Positions 1 to 13,413 of a DNA stretch of 64,000 bases are shown one piece after another. The stretch lies in assembly GCA_951406725.2 (NCBI GenBank), contig OX597821.1, positions 27,032,001-27,096,000 of the forward strand, in the 5' to 3' direction. Position numbers and translations under genes: made by a program. The notes under the pieces were generated by a model. That model had not been told where the DNA came from. It did not search any database and saw nothing but the letters and a program-made list of their open reading frames with translations. Every line of letters starts with the position of its first letter. Position 1 is the first letter of the stretch. The DNA is from Octopus vulgaris (taxonomy: Eukaryota).

Positions 1-142
1 CCGTCTACCAAATCCACTCACAAGGCATTGGTCGGCCCGGGGCTATAGCAGAAGACACTTGCCCAAGATGCCACGCAGTGGGACTGAACCTAGAACCATG
101 TGGTTGGTTAGCAAGCTACTTACCACACAGCCACTCCTGCGC
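1..142 (-). mobile_element. tRNA-derived SINE head (octopus OR/OK-like, CORE-type), truncated by window edge
   Basis: Reverse strand reads GCGCAGGAGTGGCTGTGTGGTAAG (A box-like)...GGTTCAGTCCC (B box-like), then the CORE-like GCATCTTGGGCAAGTGTCT. Homologous to 1883-2324. Confidence 0.85.
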
Positions 143-1455
143 ATATTGTGCATGTTTTCAAAACTTTTACTTCATAAAAAAAGAATATGTGGGTATGTTT
201 GTGTGCAGAGAAAGATGGCATCGGATCAAGTGTGCTGCATGTGATATACGAAGAGTAATGCATTTTATGCGCAGATGTTAATTAAACTAACTTTCTCCAA
301 AAGGTTAAAAGGTTTGCTTCAAAAGCAACTTCCGGAGGAAATATACAAATATCATTATTTCTTTATCCATAGGAACCGATATTAATGCTAGAAAATGAGT
401 TTTAACTGAACAGTGATTAAAAATTATTTTAATAAGTGTACAATTTTGAAATATATATGACGCATTTTCACAAATTACTAATATATTATTTATAATGATC
501 ACTAGCTAATTACCAATAGAACTGTAAAAAAACCAATCACCTATTTACTTTTAAATAACATCTAAGTTACAAAAACAAATGCGTCGTTATGTCTTATATT
601 CCCATTAAGCTAATCACATGAATTCACGCATTAATAAAACTCTTCATTTCTATCCAACTTCTCTAATAAATATGATTAAATTTGCAGTTAGTAATTATTC
701 CTCATAACTAAATAAACAGCCAAATTACTCACTTTCGGGTAGTATTATAAAATATTAGATATTGATGACATATAACATCATTTAATTCCTTTAGTCATTC
801 TGTTATGAACGTGTTTCTCCTTTTCTCTCCCATATTCAAATGCTATAAATGCATATTTTGAATTACTCTTCGCTAGAACACACCATAGCATTAAATTGAG
901 ATTTGAATGTTATGCTTATGTAGTTATAATGGGTGTCCCTGTGTTAGGGCGTATGAATGTATATGGACATGCGCGTAGGTGTGTGCGTATGTGTGTGTGT
1001 GTGTGTGTATAGGAGAATATGCAATTACAAATATAATATTTTTTGTAATAATTTCACTAACGTGCAACCAACCACCTATCTATATCACACTTAAAATTAG
1101 TTACTAATTTTCTAACTATCTCTTCCACTAAAACTACCTATAAAATTCTTTTGAATTTTTTCACTGTGCATTTTCAGATACAAGTGAAAAAAGGAAAAGA
1201 GCCGAAACACCTCATAGACGCCCATATCAATGTCTCTGTTTATTACCATTTAGATTATAATTTTATAAACATAACCTTCAATTCTCATTTAATGCTCTGG
1301 TGGGTTCTGCTTATGAGTGAATCAAACTGCGCATCTGTAAAATTTAACTTTTATACCATCGCATTAATACATGTTCAATTATCTATATGTGAGAATATAT
1401 ACATGCACACACTCAGCACGCACTCACAGACACACACACACACACACACACACAG

Positions 1456-1511
<56 letters not shown>

Positions 1512-1538
1512 GCACACACCCATATATATATATATATA

Positions 1539-1721
1539 CGAAGGGGTGCTGAAATGTTCTTGCCTTTAATAATACCACAAAATGCCTTTTACAGGGCTTA
1601 TAAAAACTAAAAGATCGTTGTAATATGTGAATCTGAGAAGGGAATATGTTGAATGAATTCATAATTACCTGATCCTGTGTCTTCTTTTAATAAAGGCCAG
1701 AAACTTTTGAGTACCTCGTCG
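1539..1721. mobile_element. Mariner-type MITE
   Basis: TA|CGAAGGGGTGCTGAAATGTTCTTGCCTTT ... AAAGGCCAGAAACTTTTGAGTACCTCGTCG|TA: imperfect ~30-bp TIRs, TA flanks, no coding capacity. Confidence 0.65.
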
Positions 1722-1821
1722 TAGAAACATATGTTGGGCATTGTTAAACATGCTGTATGAAACCTTTTAAAAAAAGTTTTGGATGTGAGTACATCTCCAC
1801 TCGCCTCTTGTTTCTCAATTA

Positions 1822-1882
<61 letters not shown>

Positions 1883-2324
1883 AGGCGCAGAAGTGGCTGC
1901 GAGGTAAGAAACATGCTTACCAGCCAAATGTTTCCCGCTTTACGGCCACTGCGTTTGCAGCTTGGACAAATGTCTTCTATTATAGACTCGGGCCGACCAA
2001 AGCCTTTTGAGTGGAATTGGTTGACGTTAACTGAAAGAATCCCGTCGTTTACGTATATATGCACGTGTGCGTGTTTTTGTGTGTATGTGTGTGCTTGTGT
2101 GTTTGTATGTGTGTATTTGTGTGTATCTGTGGCTGTGTTTGTTCCCTCCCCAATCGGTATTGGTGTGTTGACGTCCCCGTAACTTAGCGGTTCAGCTAAG
2201 AGAACCCGCAGAATAAATACCAAGCTTAAAAATAAAAATACTAGGGCCATTCATCTAAAAATTCTTCAAATTGATACTCCACCGTGGCCGCAGTCTAATG
2301 ATTGATACATAAAAGGATAGAAGA
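1883..2324 (+). mobile_element. Near full-length diverged CORE-type tRNA SINE (same family as 1-142)
   Basis: AGGCGCAGAAGTGGCTG...GGGCCGACCAAAGCCTT...CTGAAAGAATCCCGTCG, internal TG-rich tract, 3' GTGGCCGCAGTCTAATG tail. Confidence 0.8.
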
Positions 2325-2343
2325 ATATATATATATATATATA

Positions 2344-2640
2344 AATACAAAATGGGACAAGAACGCAAAACATTCAGAAGACGATACAAAAAACACGGAC
2401 GGGTCATTCAAAACCTTTAATCTTCAGCCAAGAACCGTATCCTCCTCGTGATTTCGGCTGATTAATCTTGAGATTGCTCCAATCTGGCCAGCCCCTAGGA
2501 AAAACTAAGCTGAGAGCATTAGATTCCTTGGAAAAAAGCTTCGAAAGTATACGAAGCAAGGACGGAAAAACGGACGATCTTACACGAATTAAACTCACAG
2601 GGGAGGTAATCGACCCATGACCGTCTCTAAAATCACTGGA
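2344..2640 (-). mobile_element. Probable PLE pseudo-LTR relic abutting a (TA)n tract
   Basis: Starts at (TA)n. Minus strand has GGCTG...CAGCC-GAAAT (HHR stem II-like). Shares GGGGAGGTAATC with the PLE at ~60460. Confidence 0.35.
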
Positions 2641-3666
2641 CCAGGCCTAGATTCGCCTATTCTGTAGGTGTCGTCAGTAGTGATTTCTCCTTGTTATTGG
2701 CGTTCGTCGTCTGAATATGGATGCATTTTCTTTGATAGAAACTCATTGGTAGCAAGTGAATTAACAGAACAGACTTCAGGTTAACCTTGTTGATGACGGG
2801 GTTTCAATCTTCATTTCAAAAGTATAGTATTTTGCTTTCTCGTGTAGGAATGGATATCATATCCAAAAATGTGATTTCATGAATATTTTCGGGCTGGAAT
2901 AGAAGTTTCCACAACTGAATACTTTTGCAAGAAGTTGTTTCATGTGCAAATATTGAATGATTCTATGTCTCACGCCGATGCATATAAAATATATTGGATG
3001 AAGTTTGACAACAGATATCGTCTCTAGACTGTCCAAACTGGGAAGTTTTCATAAATGGCGGCGGTGATTTGAATTAGAAAGAACAATGTAGAAATCTCGA
3101 TTTAATTTTTGCTCAACGATATTCAAACTAATCAAATATAATTGATTACTTCCAAGAAGTCTCAGTATATTTTATCTTCCATACATAGTATATATTAAAT
3201 AACACTCATTAAATTTTGAAACCTACAATCAGATAATTGCTAATCATTTTATTTTTCTTCATTTGCAGAACTTATTTGAAGCAGGTCTGAATTCCAGCAT
3301 TCCCTGATATAATTAGTAAAGAACTTTTTTGAAAAGAAAAATATCTAATATATTACTTTTTCAGTATTTTAAAAATATCTAATATATTACATTTTCAGTA
3401 TTTTATTTATTCAATTTGTTATTATATTATATTTTAGCAACCTGTATGTTCCATGAACTGTTACAAAAAATATATAGTATTTTCACCCTATCGCAATCAA
3501 CTCTCAGTTTACAAGCACACACACAAACATACACACACGCACGCACACACACACACACGCACACACAAAAAATACAATAACCAATTCTTTAGATACAGAA
3601 AATTGCTTTTTAGTGTCATTTATGAAATAAAGTAATAAAAATATTTTACGTACAGAATTTGTTTCC

Positions 3667-3734
<68 letters not shown>

Positions 3735-4425
3735 ATATAACAGTTAGCAGTACAGGGGAGTCGTAAGGCTCAAATTGCTGAACGTGCATATTCTCTCTAG
3801 AACTGGAGGAAGAAATACGTAACGGTTAGTTGGTTTTGTAAAAAAAATCTATTTGTCCGTGCTGCTGGACGGAGTTATCCGCCTTACATTGGCTCTGGCC
3901 ATTGTGTTATTCGAAGGAGCTCTGGTGGGGACTATTCAACAAATGGGGAATTTCAAGCCCGAAATAGGAAACATTTTAGAGGAAGGCATTGACAATATAC
4001 CTCTTTCCTAGAGTTTCAAAACTTCTCAGCGTCAAGCGAAGTTTCAAAAGGCTTCCGAGACGAGTGAGAATTCTAGCCCTCAAGGCTTCCCTAATTTGTA
4101 CCCGTTTACAGAAGCTCTTGGTTTTTTAAGGAGCATCCATTTGATTATGTATGGGGTCACTTCTTCTTTTAAGCGCCAAACGTGTCTGACCACGGACTGG
4201 GGATTGCGCCTTCCATTATACTAAAAGCTGTCTTATATTTGCTCAGACATTGCTTAAACAGAGGCACAGATGAAACGACATATTTTCGGGTGCGTGTGAC
4301 TTGATCGTGCTAACGCTGCCTATATTTCTTTCGATAAATCTGGGCGCTGATGTCGTTAGTGCTGTTGTTGGAGTCACTGCCGGGGCTGGGGGGGTGCATA
4401 CACAGACACAAAGACACACACAAGT

Positions 4426-4510
4426 TGTCCGAGGCTATAACAGAAGGCACCTTCCCAAGATGACACGCAGTGGAACTGGACCAGAAACGTGTGATTGGTA
4501 AGCAAGCTTC
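4426..4510 (-). mobile_element. CORE-type SINE fragment
   Basis: GGCTATAACAGAAGGCACCTTCCCAAGATGACACGCAGTGGAACTG aligns with 41-90. Confidence 0.7.
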
Positions 4511-5136
4511 TTTATTTCATTATATTGGCCATAAAAGCCTTACACAGAGAAAGGAAGCTGCGGACTGGAAATAGACATAATGTTATATGAAATTAAAATG
4601 AAAATGATGATTAATGGGGGAAAAAACAACGCTCGTCGATCGATTTTTTCCGAGTACATCGATCTCTTGTATATTTTTCATGAGGCAACAAATCTCTATA
4701 CTGTTCACAATATTTAATAACAATATTACGTGAGAGAGCAGTGCACGCCATAAAAGTGACACTAGAGTAAAACATTCAGGGCGCAGTATACCCATCATGA
4801 CTACTCTCTGATAAGAGTTCACCAGGCACATCCATCACAATCATATATGCACGACATAGTGATCGCATATCCAGATAAACCGTGCATGACATTGCAGGCG
4901 GGGCCCAGTAAGAGTTCTCTTCAGGTCGAGTAGCTTATCCCGCTCAAAAGGTCCCTGAAGAAGGGTAGTTTAAGTATTTTGAATGGAGCACATATGTTTC
5001 CAAAGGTGAAGTAGCTAAACCCCAAAGAATCCCTCTCAACACATGGCTATGATGCTCCCCCACTACTTCTGCACGTGATCAGAAATGCACTTATTATCAA
5101 CCATAAAAAGACATGCTCAACTTGTTTAAGGTCAAA

Positions 5137-5187
5137 CAACTGACACGCAAATCTGTGTTATTGAGTAGAATATTTGCTGTCGCCCAT
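5137..5187. repeat. Unclassified interspersed repeat fragment (second copy ~51590-51641)
   Basis: CAACTGACACGCAAATCTGTGTTATTGAGTAGAATATTTGCTGTCGCCCAT vs CAACTGACAAGCAAATCTGTGGTACTGAGCAGAATATTTGCTGTAGCCCAT. Confidence 0.75.
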
Positions 5188-5218
5188 ATTATTATTATTA
5201 TTATTGTTGTTGTTGTTG

Positions 5219-5259
<41 letters not shown>

Positions 5260-5293
5260 GTTGTTGTTGTTGTTATTATTATTATTATTATTA
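5188..5293. repeat. Compound (ATT)n/(GTT)n microsatellite
   Basis: Seen directly; explains the poly-I/V/L ORFs. Confidence 0.95.
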
Positions 5294-6415
5294 TATTTGT
5301 TATTTTATGGATTGGGAGAATTGTTACGTTTGATTTTGAAATGGGTGTTTTTATAGAAAGAAAAGATAACTTCTGTATTTTACCGCTGATATGCCTAATG
5401 GTGTCGGTGTCGGGAAAAATTCATACTAAGTGATAGGTGATCACTTGTCATTAGATGAATTACATAACTCAGCTGTTAAGATATCAACATCATTACATCT
5501 CAAAGTTTACTTCTGAAAGATTTTTCTTTCTGAGATCTGACCAATTCAACATTTAGTTAACATTTCAGATGTCTATACTGTCTATTTTCTAAAGCAGACC
5601 ACCATTAGTTTCTTCTGTGCTTATATCTAACGTATAATGATAATTAATATAACAATCTTACTGAGAGGAGCACAAAATCTAGCGGTACGCTTCAGATTGT
5701 GCATGACCATTCCAGCTTAGACCAAATTTATTTCACTTACACCTGCTTAACTTTGTGATAGTTTATGGGAATTGAAATTTATCACCGTGTCCTCTCTTCG
5801 AAACTGGGATCTTATCTGACAGCTAGTGTTCATATATTTGATGGTTAGTAGATCTCAACAGCAGGAGCTGTATCGGTTGTTTTGACTGCATACACTTCCG
5901 CATAGCTCTTAATATCTAAACGGATGTAACTCTAAACGAATTAAATATTGTTCTAGATAATTAGCTAATAGAATGGTTAACTTATAATGATGAAGTTTCC
6001 ATTAAATTTTGCTTCCAAATCAAAGCTTATTTAAGATACCGTCAGGAAGAAACTATAAGTTACTGAAATGTCAAGCTTGTAGTCAATTCTGATAAACAGT
6101 ATGCTACTGACTTTAGAGTTTAAACAGTTTCAATGTTCGATGTAATGTATGTTGGGCAACATTGAAGGCATTTCAATAGATTACATTTAGTGTATCCATA
6201 TGTTCTATTTTATATGTATATGAATAAAATTACTTACGTACATACATTTGTACATACATATACGTTTAAATACTTTCCTACCTACCTATGGATACCTAGC
6301 TTACTGCCTCTATATATAAATATATTTATATATATAATTAAAATGAGGGTGTTAATTTGATAACACCAGTGGTCTAGCAGATAAAAAAAAACTGAGGTTC
6401 AGTAAATAGTATTAC

Positions 6416-6638
6416 ATATATAAATATAAGAGGGAATTTTACCACTATGGGGAAACTCTTACGGTAGAAGATCCGCTATGGTCTTAACCACTAAGAATTG
6501 CTCTAGAAAATTTAGCAAACGCTTCTGGCGTTTGCTAAATTTTCTAGAGAACAATTTTTAGTGGTTAAGACCACAGCAGATCTTCTTCTAGCGTAAGAGT
6601 TCCCACATAGTGGTAAAATTCCCTCTTATATTTATATA
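6416..6638. repeat. Near-perfect hairpin (arms ~107-110 bp, 5-nt loop TTCTG)
   Basis: ...AAATTTAGCAAACGC-TTCTG-GCGTTTGCTAAATTT...; outer TAAGAGGGAATTTTACCACTATG / CATAGTGGTAAAATTCCCTCTTA. Confidence 0.95.
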
Positions 6639-7204
6639 TATATATATATATATATGCACGTGGGAGTTTGTTCGGAGATCGATTGCGCATACTTCGGGTG
6701 ACTGTTGCTGGTTTCTTCTTACGTATAAGTACTGATCAATAGAGTACCATTCATCCGTCCTTGTTACATTTGTGTTGAAAATTAGACAGAAAAATGCGTG
6801 CGTATGTATTTGGTGAACATTAGAAAAGTCTTTAGGTTATTTAAAATGAAAAACACTTTTCTTTTTGTGACAGAATATACACAATCTCCAAAATATTGCT
6901 GAATGGTTTACTTTTAGTCTTGTATATCCCCAAAATTCACTCAACTTGTACTTATACTTCCCTACACTGCAATTTCATTATAAAGCGTAAAATTTCCATG
7001 GTGTTTTGTCCCCGATCCGAAAAGATGAAGTGTGATTGCAGCCGCGAATTGTGACACTTCTCTTTATGCAGTGGGGGATTTTTTAAGTGTGAATACAATA
7101 AGTGGCGTTTGAAAACTAGGGGCAATATAATCGACTTACCCACTCCCTTAAAGTAGCTAGTGTCAAAATTCAAAGCCATTATTATTTTGACAGAATATTC
7201 ACGA

Positions 7205-8480
7205 CGTTCAATAGCATGGACATGAAGATAAATTTCACTATAGAACACCCCGGCATCACTGGAACATCTGAACACGACTTCAAGCTGAATATAACGGAAG
7301 AAGAGATCTACACCGAGTTCTACAGGAAAGCAGCCAATAGAGATATGTTTGTCCGGTACAATTCCACTCGGTGCCAAAACAGGATACACCAGATATGAAC
7401 TTGCACGTATCCAGGTTAAGTGCAGCAGAACGGAGGACATGGTAACCCACACTACGCGCTTCCTAGATATATTGAAAACCAACGGGTACCCTAGATTGTA
7501 AATCGGATTGAGTACTGAAGACGACCAACACGCCGAACACATAGAACACCTAGAAACACATGCTTCCTTAAAATACCCCATTTTAGCGAGAGGATAATTA
7601 CATCCATCTGAAGAGCCATAAGAAGAGAAGGGCTAGACATACAATTAGCCCACTCCCGCCCCTCTCTGAGAGGACACCTCACTAAGAAACGAACAAGGGA
7701 CAACAATCAATGTACAGTAACAAACTGTCCCATCCGTGACACAGATTTATGCCAACGGGTAAATGTTGTGTATAGAATACAATATAACAAATGCAACAAG
7801 TTCTATGTGGGTAGCACAACAAGACCGTTACACGTCCGCATCAAAGAACATCTGAACAAGAGAGCTTCCTCCTTCAAAAACATCTAGACAGATGCCGGAA
7901 CACCGACAAAAGCATAACAGTCACAATTCAGGCCAATGAAAGAAATTTGGGTAGTTTAAGAATTAAGGAAGCTATACTCATACACAGATTAGGGCCCCAA
8001 ATTAACAACATGCTGGAGGTTGGTAATCAATACAATATTTAGATACATCTGGATGCGTGTAGGTTCATTTTTGATGATACGCTCAACTGTTGTTTATAAC
8101 AAAAAAAAGAAGATAAGAGAAAAAAGAAGGGGAAAAAGGAAGCTTCACATAATATACGTAACTTAGAAGCAGCGCTACGGATGTACCAGCACACACGAGA
8201 TTGAGACATGGTCGACCTCAAACACTTCTCATGAGGATATCCGGAAGGAACATCGTGAGATCACTGCTGAGACGCGTCCGCAAAATAAAAAGAAAAGCCG
8301 TTGGAAAACCGATTATAGCAGTGTCTCCATCTAAGAATATCTGAAGAAGGAATATTATTCCGAAATAGCATATCATACGATGGATGACTAAATTGCAACA
8401 GGTATATAGCCTATTGTCTGTATTATAGTGCATTGTTGTACCATTCAAAACTTTTTATTCTTTACAAACAATACACAATG
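7205..8480 (+). mobile_element. 5'-truncated Penelope-like retroelement relic: RT C-terminus/thumb + GIY-YIG endonuclease + 3' pLTR
   Basis: Frameshifted translation gives KINFTIE...TEFYRK, LKTNGYP, then CTVTNCPI..LCQRVNVVYRIQ.NKCNKFYVGSTTRPLHVRIKEH (GIY-YIG) and LRIKEAILIHRLGPQIN. HHR motif downstream. Confidence 0.9.
8338..8377 (+). ncRNA. Minimal type I hammerhead ribozyme motif in PLE pLTR
   Basis: tat-CTGAAGA-A-GGAAT-att-ATTCC-GAAA-TAgcaTA-TC^ata; predicted cleavage after C8374. Confidence 0.7.
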
Positions 8481-8518
8481 CTTCAAGCGTACTACAATAC
8501 TCTCCTATTATTGAGTGA

Positions 8519-8690
8519 AGGGTGCCAGCTAGCAGTATCGTTACCCCGTCGCACAAAATGCTTAGTGGCTTTTCTTTCGGCTTTTCTTTCTGAGTTCAAA
8601 TGTTGCCGAGCTCGAATTTGCTTTTCATCATTTAGGATCAATAAATTAAGTATCAGTTAACCATGTCATTGATGTAATCAACTGGGCCCT
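8519..8690 (+). mobile_element. Degenerate tRNA-SINE (family of 28917-29142)
   Basis: AGGGTGCCAGCTAGCAGTATCGTTA...TCTGAGTTCAAATG...TTTGCTTTTCATCATTTAGGATCAATAAATTAAGTATCAG. Confidence 0.7.
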
Positions 8691-10639
8691 GAGAAAAATT
8701 ATCATTGATTCTATGTGGTTGTATAACCATTTAAGAGCTCTCAGTAAATGTGTTTTAATGACAATTGTGTCAAGGAGACCAAAACGCTGTATATATTTTA
8801 CAAACAGAGAATTAGGTTTGGTTAAATATATCGTGTTATGCTTTATTTCTTTTGGTAAGTGTTTGGATATCTTCCCATTGCGTTATTCAAATGGGTACTT
8901 AGTCGAAGATGTTTTGCTCGACAATTAGTGATTCATTTGTGTATGCAATTAATTAAATTCTGAAAACGAAGTATGTGTGTAAATTAAATGTGTATACCAT
9001 TATCATATGATTTCTTTTATCGTTGGTATATGTCCGTCTATTAAATTTGATATTACCTCAAAAAAAAAAAAAAAAAAAGAAAACGATTTTAATATTCGTA
9101 GATATAATGATTCGAAGTCCGGCAAGAATAATTCTAGTGAATTTAATGTCAATATCGAATGTTTAGATTGCACTAAACAATATAAAATTTGCCGGTTATA
9201 CACCATGGACTCTTTAAATATTAAATTCAACACATTAATTATAGATTTTTATTGTCAGGATGGACCACATTTCCTGCAACAAAACGAATTTAGAAGCACA
9301 ATAGTTTTCACCCGTATCATTTATCTTTACCGATTTACCTAGTTAAGCATTACCTTTAGCTGGAGCATAGTCTCTAATTCATGTATTAAAATCCTATCTT
9401 TCTTATCCTTCATCGAACATGCATTGCTCCTTCAAATATATCATTACTACAGCTTTTCCTTAACCTTCTCAATATTTAATTCCTATCCGTTACCGCGTAA
9501 CGTTTTCAAATTCAATAATTTGCTCATTTCTTTGCCTCTATTTTGATATAGGAGGGCAACATTCAGATGGAACGTTAGATTCTACCATCCCTATATCCGA
9601 TGAAGCTACTTCATACTTATGTCACATCTTTCTGTGGGTAACAGTTCAAATGCAGACCCTCGTAATTTCATTGCATTCTGGAGTTTCTTCGCTCTTTATA
9701 TATTGGTATCACTGCTAGCCAGAAATGTTGGTATTCTATTTCCCTAAGTAATGCCAGTAATGAATTACAAAATAAATGTTGATGAGCGATTAGATTAACG
9801 ATCATGGATAATTCATTATATCACAACTGCATCAGAATACTGTTTTGTGTTAGGACTATTCCACCAGACAATGTTAGAGGAAGAAGAATTCTAATTCGTG
9901 CTCCTCCCTATAATATCTGCACGCAATTCAAAACGGAATTAAGAGATTGACAAAACCATACATGAATAATGGTCTTCTAGCACTTTAAAGCAGTAATATA
10001 TGAGTATTCTGTAAATGATTTTTAAGGAAACAAGCTCATATGTGTGTGTGTGTGTGTGTGTATGTGCGTGTGTGTGTGCGTGTGTGTGTGTGCGTGTGTG
10101 TGTGCGTGTGTGTGTGCGTGTGTGTGTGTGTGTATATCGAAATCCGCCCCTGCTAAGTCGATTTAGTCTCTTTCTGTCTGTCTCTGTATATATATATACG
10201 CATACTCACAGATGCACACACATGTCCAGGGCTTAGCAAAAAAAAAAAAAAAATTACTGTGATCGATTCTTTCGACTATCAAACAATTCTTCAAGACATT
10301 GCTCTACTATGGCCGCAGTCCAAGTGTATATATGCAGCAGCCAATATAATGATAAACAAACTGTCATAAAGAAACGAAATTTGTTAATTTGGATAAAACC
10401 GATTCCGTTTCATTCACTCTCGATTCTAAGCTGTTGTAGCGGCATTGTTTGGTACGCTGAACTATCGTGACCTTCATGCAGAGGCTATAAATTCATTTCT
10501 TTACTAAAGTTGAGCAGTAAAATAAAACAAACAATATTTTATTGATATCATGATGTTTTCTTTCGACTGGCACTTATAGCATGTGCGAAGTGGACACTGT
10601 AAGTATCGTGTCTGACTCGTAAATCTGAAGCATGCAAGT

Positions 10640-10950
10640 ATAAATACTAAACTGAACGTCGATCAAAGACTTGACACTGTAGCCGCTAATTGTAAAGTAA
10701 AATTCTGCCCCTGATATATGTTACTAAGGTGTCTTTTGTTAAAAGTGATTTGGTTGTCATAGCAACGCTAAAGAAAACTATGGAAACGTCAATGCGGCAT
10801 GCGAAATATGTCCATTGATACGTATGATGGCACCTTGTATGGACATTGAAGAAGCACTAAAGGTTGGTACCATCGAGAAAGGGCTTTGTTTTGCCAGAAG
10901 CAGCATCGATGCGGTCATTTAAGCCATTAACAAAGGCAATAAAGTAGTAT
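10640..10950 (+). mobile_element. Possible pogo/Tigger-like transposase N-terminal relic
   Basis: Fragments KLNVDQRLDTV and MDIEEALKVG...INKGNK resemble psq/CENP-B HTH segments; heavily decayed. Confidence 0.25.
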
Positions 10951-11030
10951 ACTGGATATGTATTGGATCCATATGGTACATAACTGTTGTTTCATGTGTT
11001 TGTATGTATATATATGTATGTATGTATATA

Positions 11031-11640
11031 GGGAGAGTTTACGAAAAAACAAAAGACGAAGACAGGTGGTGTACAAAACAAACAGATGTATTAGTATCAC
11101 GCTCAGAAATAGAAAAAGTATTTTACGTTTCGAGCCTACGCTCTTCTACAGAAAGGGACACAGAAAAAACAGGGAGAGAAACAAGGAGAGAAAAAATGTG
11201 TGTAGTGGCTCACGATCTATCATGGCGACTAGTGCCTGACAGAAAAGTCAAACACGAGAAAGAACGTAGGGGAGATAACAAGGTAAAGATGACCCCAACA
11301 CAAAAGTGCATGTGTGTATAAGAGAGTATGTATGTGCGTGTGAAGGATAACTGGTGGTCTGGACGTGTGCGTGTATGTATGTGTAGGTGTGAAGATGTGC
11401 TGATGAGTGTGTGGGTGGTGTGTTGTGATGTGACGTGTAATGTTGTATGGTGTAGTGTGGTGTGGTGTGATGTTGTGGGGAGGTGGGGGAGGCGAGAGTG
11501 GAGAAAGCACGAATGGGGGTGATAGGCTGGGGTGTTGGGGTAGAGTTGGGGTATGTGGGTAGGCAGAGGGTGGGTGTAGAGGTGGGGTATGTGGGAAGGG
11601 GGTGCGGGATAGGATGGGAAGGATAGGGAAGGTGTAGTAT
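11031..11640 (-). mobile_element. PLE pLTR-like repeat between (TA)-rich tracts, with HHR-like motif at 11121-11154
   Basis: The end GGGAGAGTTTACGAAAAAACAAAAGACGAAGACAGGTGG...GTATTAGTATCACGCTCAG matches 60149-60230, which adjoins a GIY-YIG ORF. Minus strand: ttt-CTGTAGA-A-GAGC-gtag-GCTC-GAAACGTA^aaa. Confidence 0.65.
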
Positions 11641-11746
11641 ATGTATATACTCATATATATATATATATATATATATACACAAGTATTCTTACATACACAT
11701 TGGTATCGATATACACATACACATAGACACACATATAATTCTTACC

Positions 11747-11940
11747 AATTTTGGCACAAGATCAGCAATTCTAGAGGGTGGAGTCGATTATATCGACCTC
11801 ACTAGTTGGCTGATGATTATTGTATCGGTCACAAAAGAATAAATGGTAAATCTAACTTAGCTTAATTTGAACTCAAAATGTAATGAATTGTAAGAACTAC
11901 TGCTTGGCATTTTGTCTAGGAACAAAATCTACTGCCACCT
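11747..11940 (-). mobile_element. Degenerate tRNA-SINE (family of 28917-29142)
   Basis: AATTTTGGCACAAGATCAGCAATT...GTCGATTATATCGACC...ATTTGAACTCA. Confidence 0.65.
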
Positions 11941-12964
11941 ATACATATCTAGTTACAACCTACATCATATGTATTTACAGGAAAAAATTTGTTATTTCTA
12001 AACGTATATTATTTGATCAAGTGAAGCGACCCTAGTATTTTACTGGTATGGTATTCATCCATTTTAAGAATATTAAGAAATAAATTCTTTCCCCGCATTT
12101 CCCGCAGCATTCAAGTATATAATGTACAACTAGAACAATATATCAGATTGTGTTTACAAACCGACATACTATTATTGGAAATTCACCATTGTGGTATTCA
12201 CCAATATATGACATATTAAATATATTTGCACTCTATATTTGATCGATTATTATCTTTTTATTTCTCGTGTAACGTCTCTGCTTATCTTATTGCTTGGCCT
12301 ATTTCCAGTCAGGGGTTATGTTTTATGAAATTGTAATACTATTCTGGCCGTTTCGTTCCGGAAAAAGTAGATTTTGAGCGCTTCAAATAAAATTATTTTG
12401 CGACAAACGAGTTCTTTCATGCCATTATCACATAGCGAATGTTTCTTCTTAAAACGATGCCTTATAATATTTCTAACTTCTTTATATCCATTTCCTTGAA
12501 AGAAGAACGTCTCTTTGATCAATAAATATGTTCTCTTGATACATATTTCGAATATATATTTCATTTTCATATTATGGTTTCTCTTTACTACTTTCTCTTT
12601 ACTACTTCCTCATTTTTTCTCAATATAACTGTATAACTATTGTTATATATCTCCCTTGTTCTCTGTCTCTAGAGTTATATCTCTCATGTTACTCGACAAC
12701 ACATCTCTTTCGTTTTGATATCCATTCATATTATTTGCGTAATAACTCTTCTGAGAAATAGTCTTCACAGAAGAATATATAATTTCTATCATTATCAAAT
12801 ACATCTATATATAACCTATGCGAAAATGGGAGCTGTGCTAGAACATAAATGAAAGACAGCCAACTTTGATAAAATCCGAGAATATTTCAGCTTCTTCTTT
12901 GAATATTTCTATTAGAGCCGAATATAAATCTTCCTTGAATTATTAACTCATGTTTCCAATAAAG

Positions 12965-13413
<449 letters not shown>

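Noticed and set aside
3250-3290. Polypyrimidine tract + CAG followed by 16 nt and GT (possible microexon)
   Set aside because: Weak donor (GTCTGA), not frame-preserving, no supporting exons.
10753-10766. RFX X-box-like palindrome GTTGTCATAGCAAC
   Set aside because: Isolated motif with no promoter context, probably inside a TE relic.
12300-12570. Minus-strand ORF with NGY motif (possible PLE relic)
   Set aside because: One short motif only.
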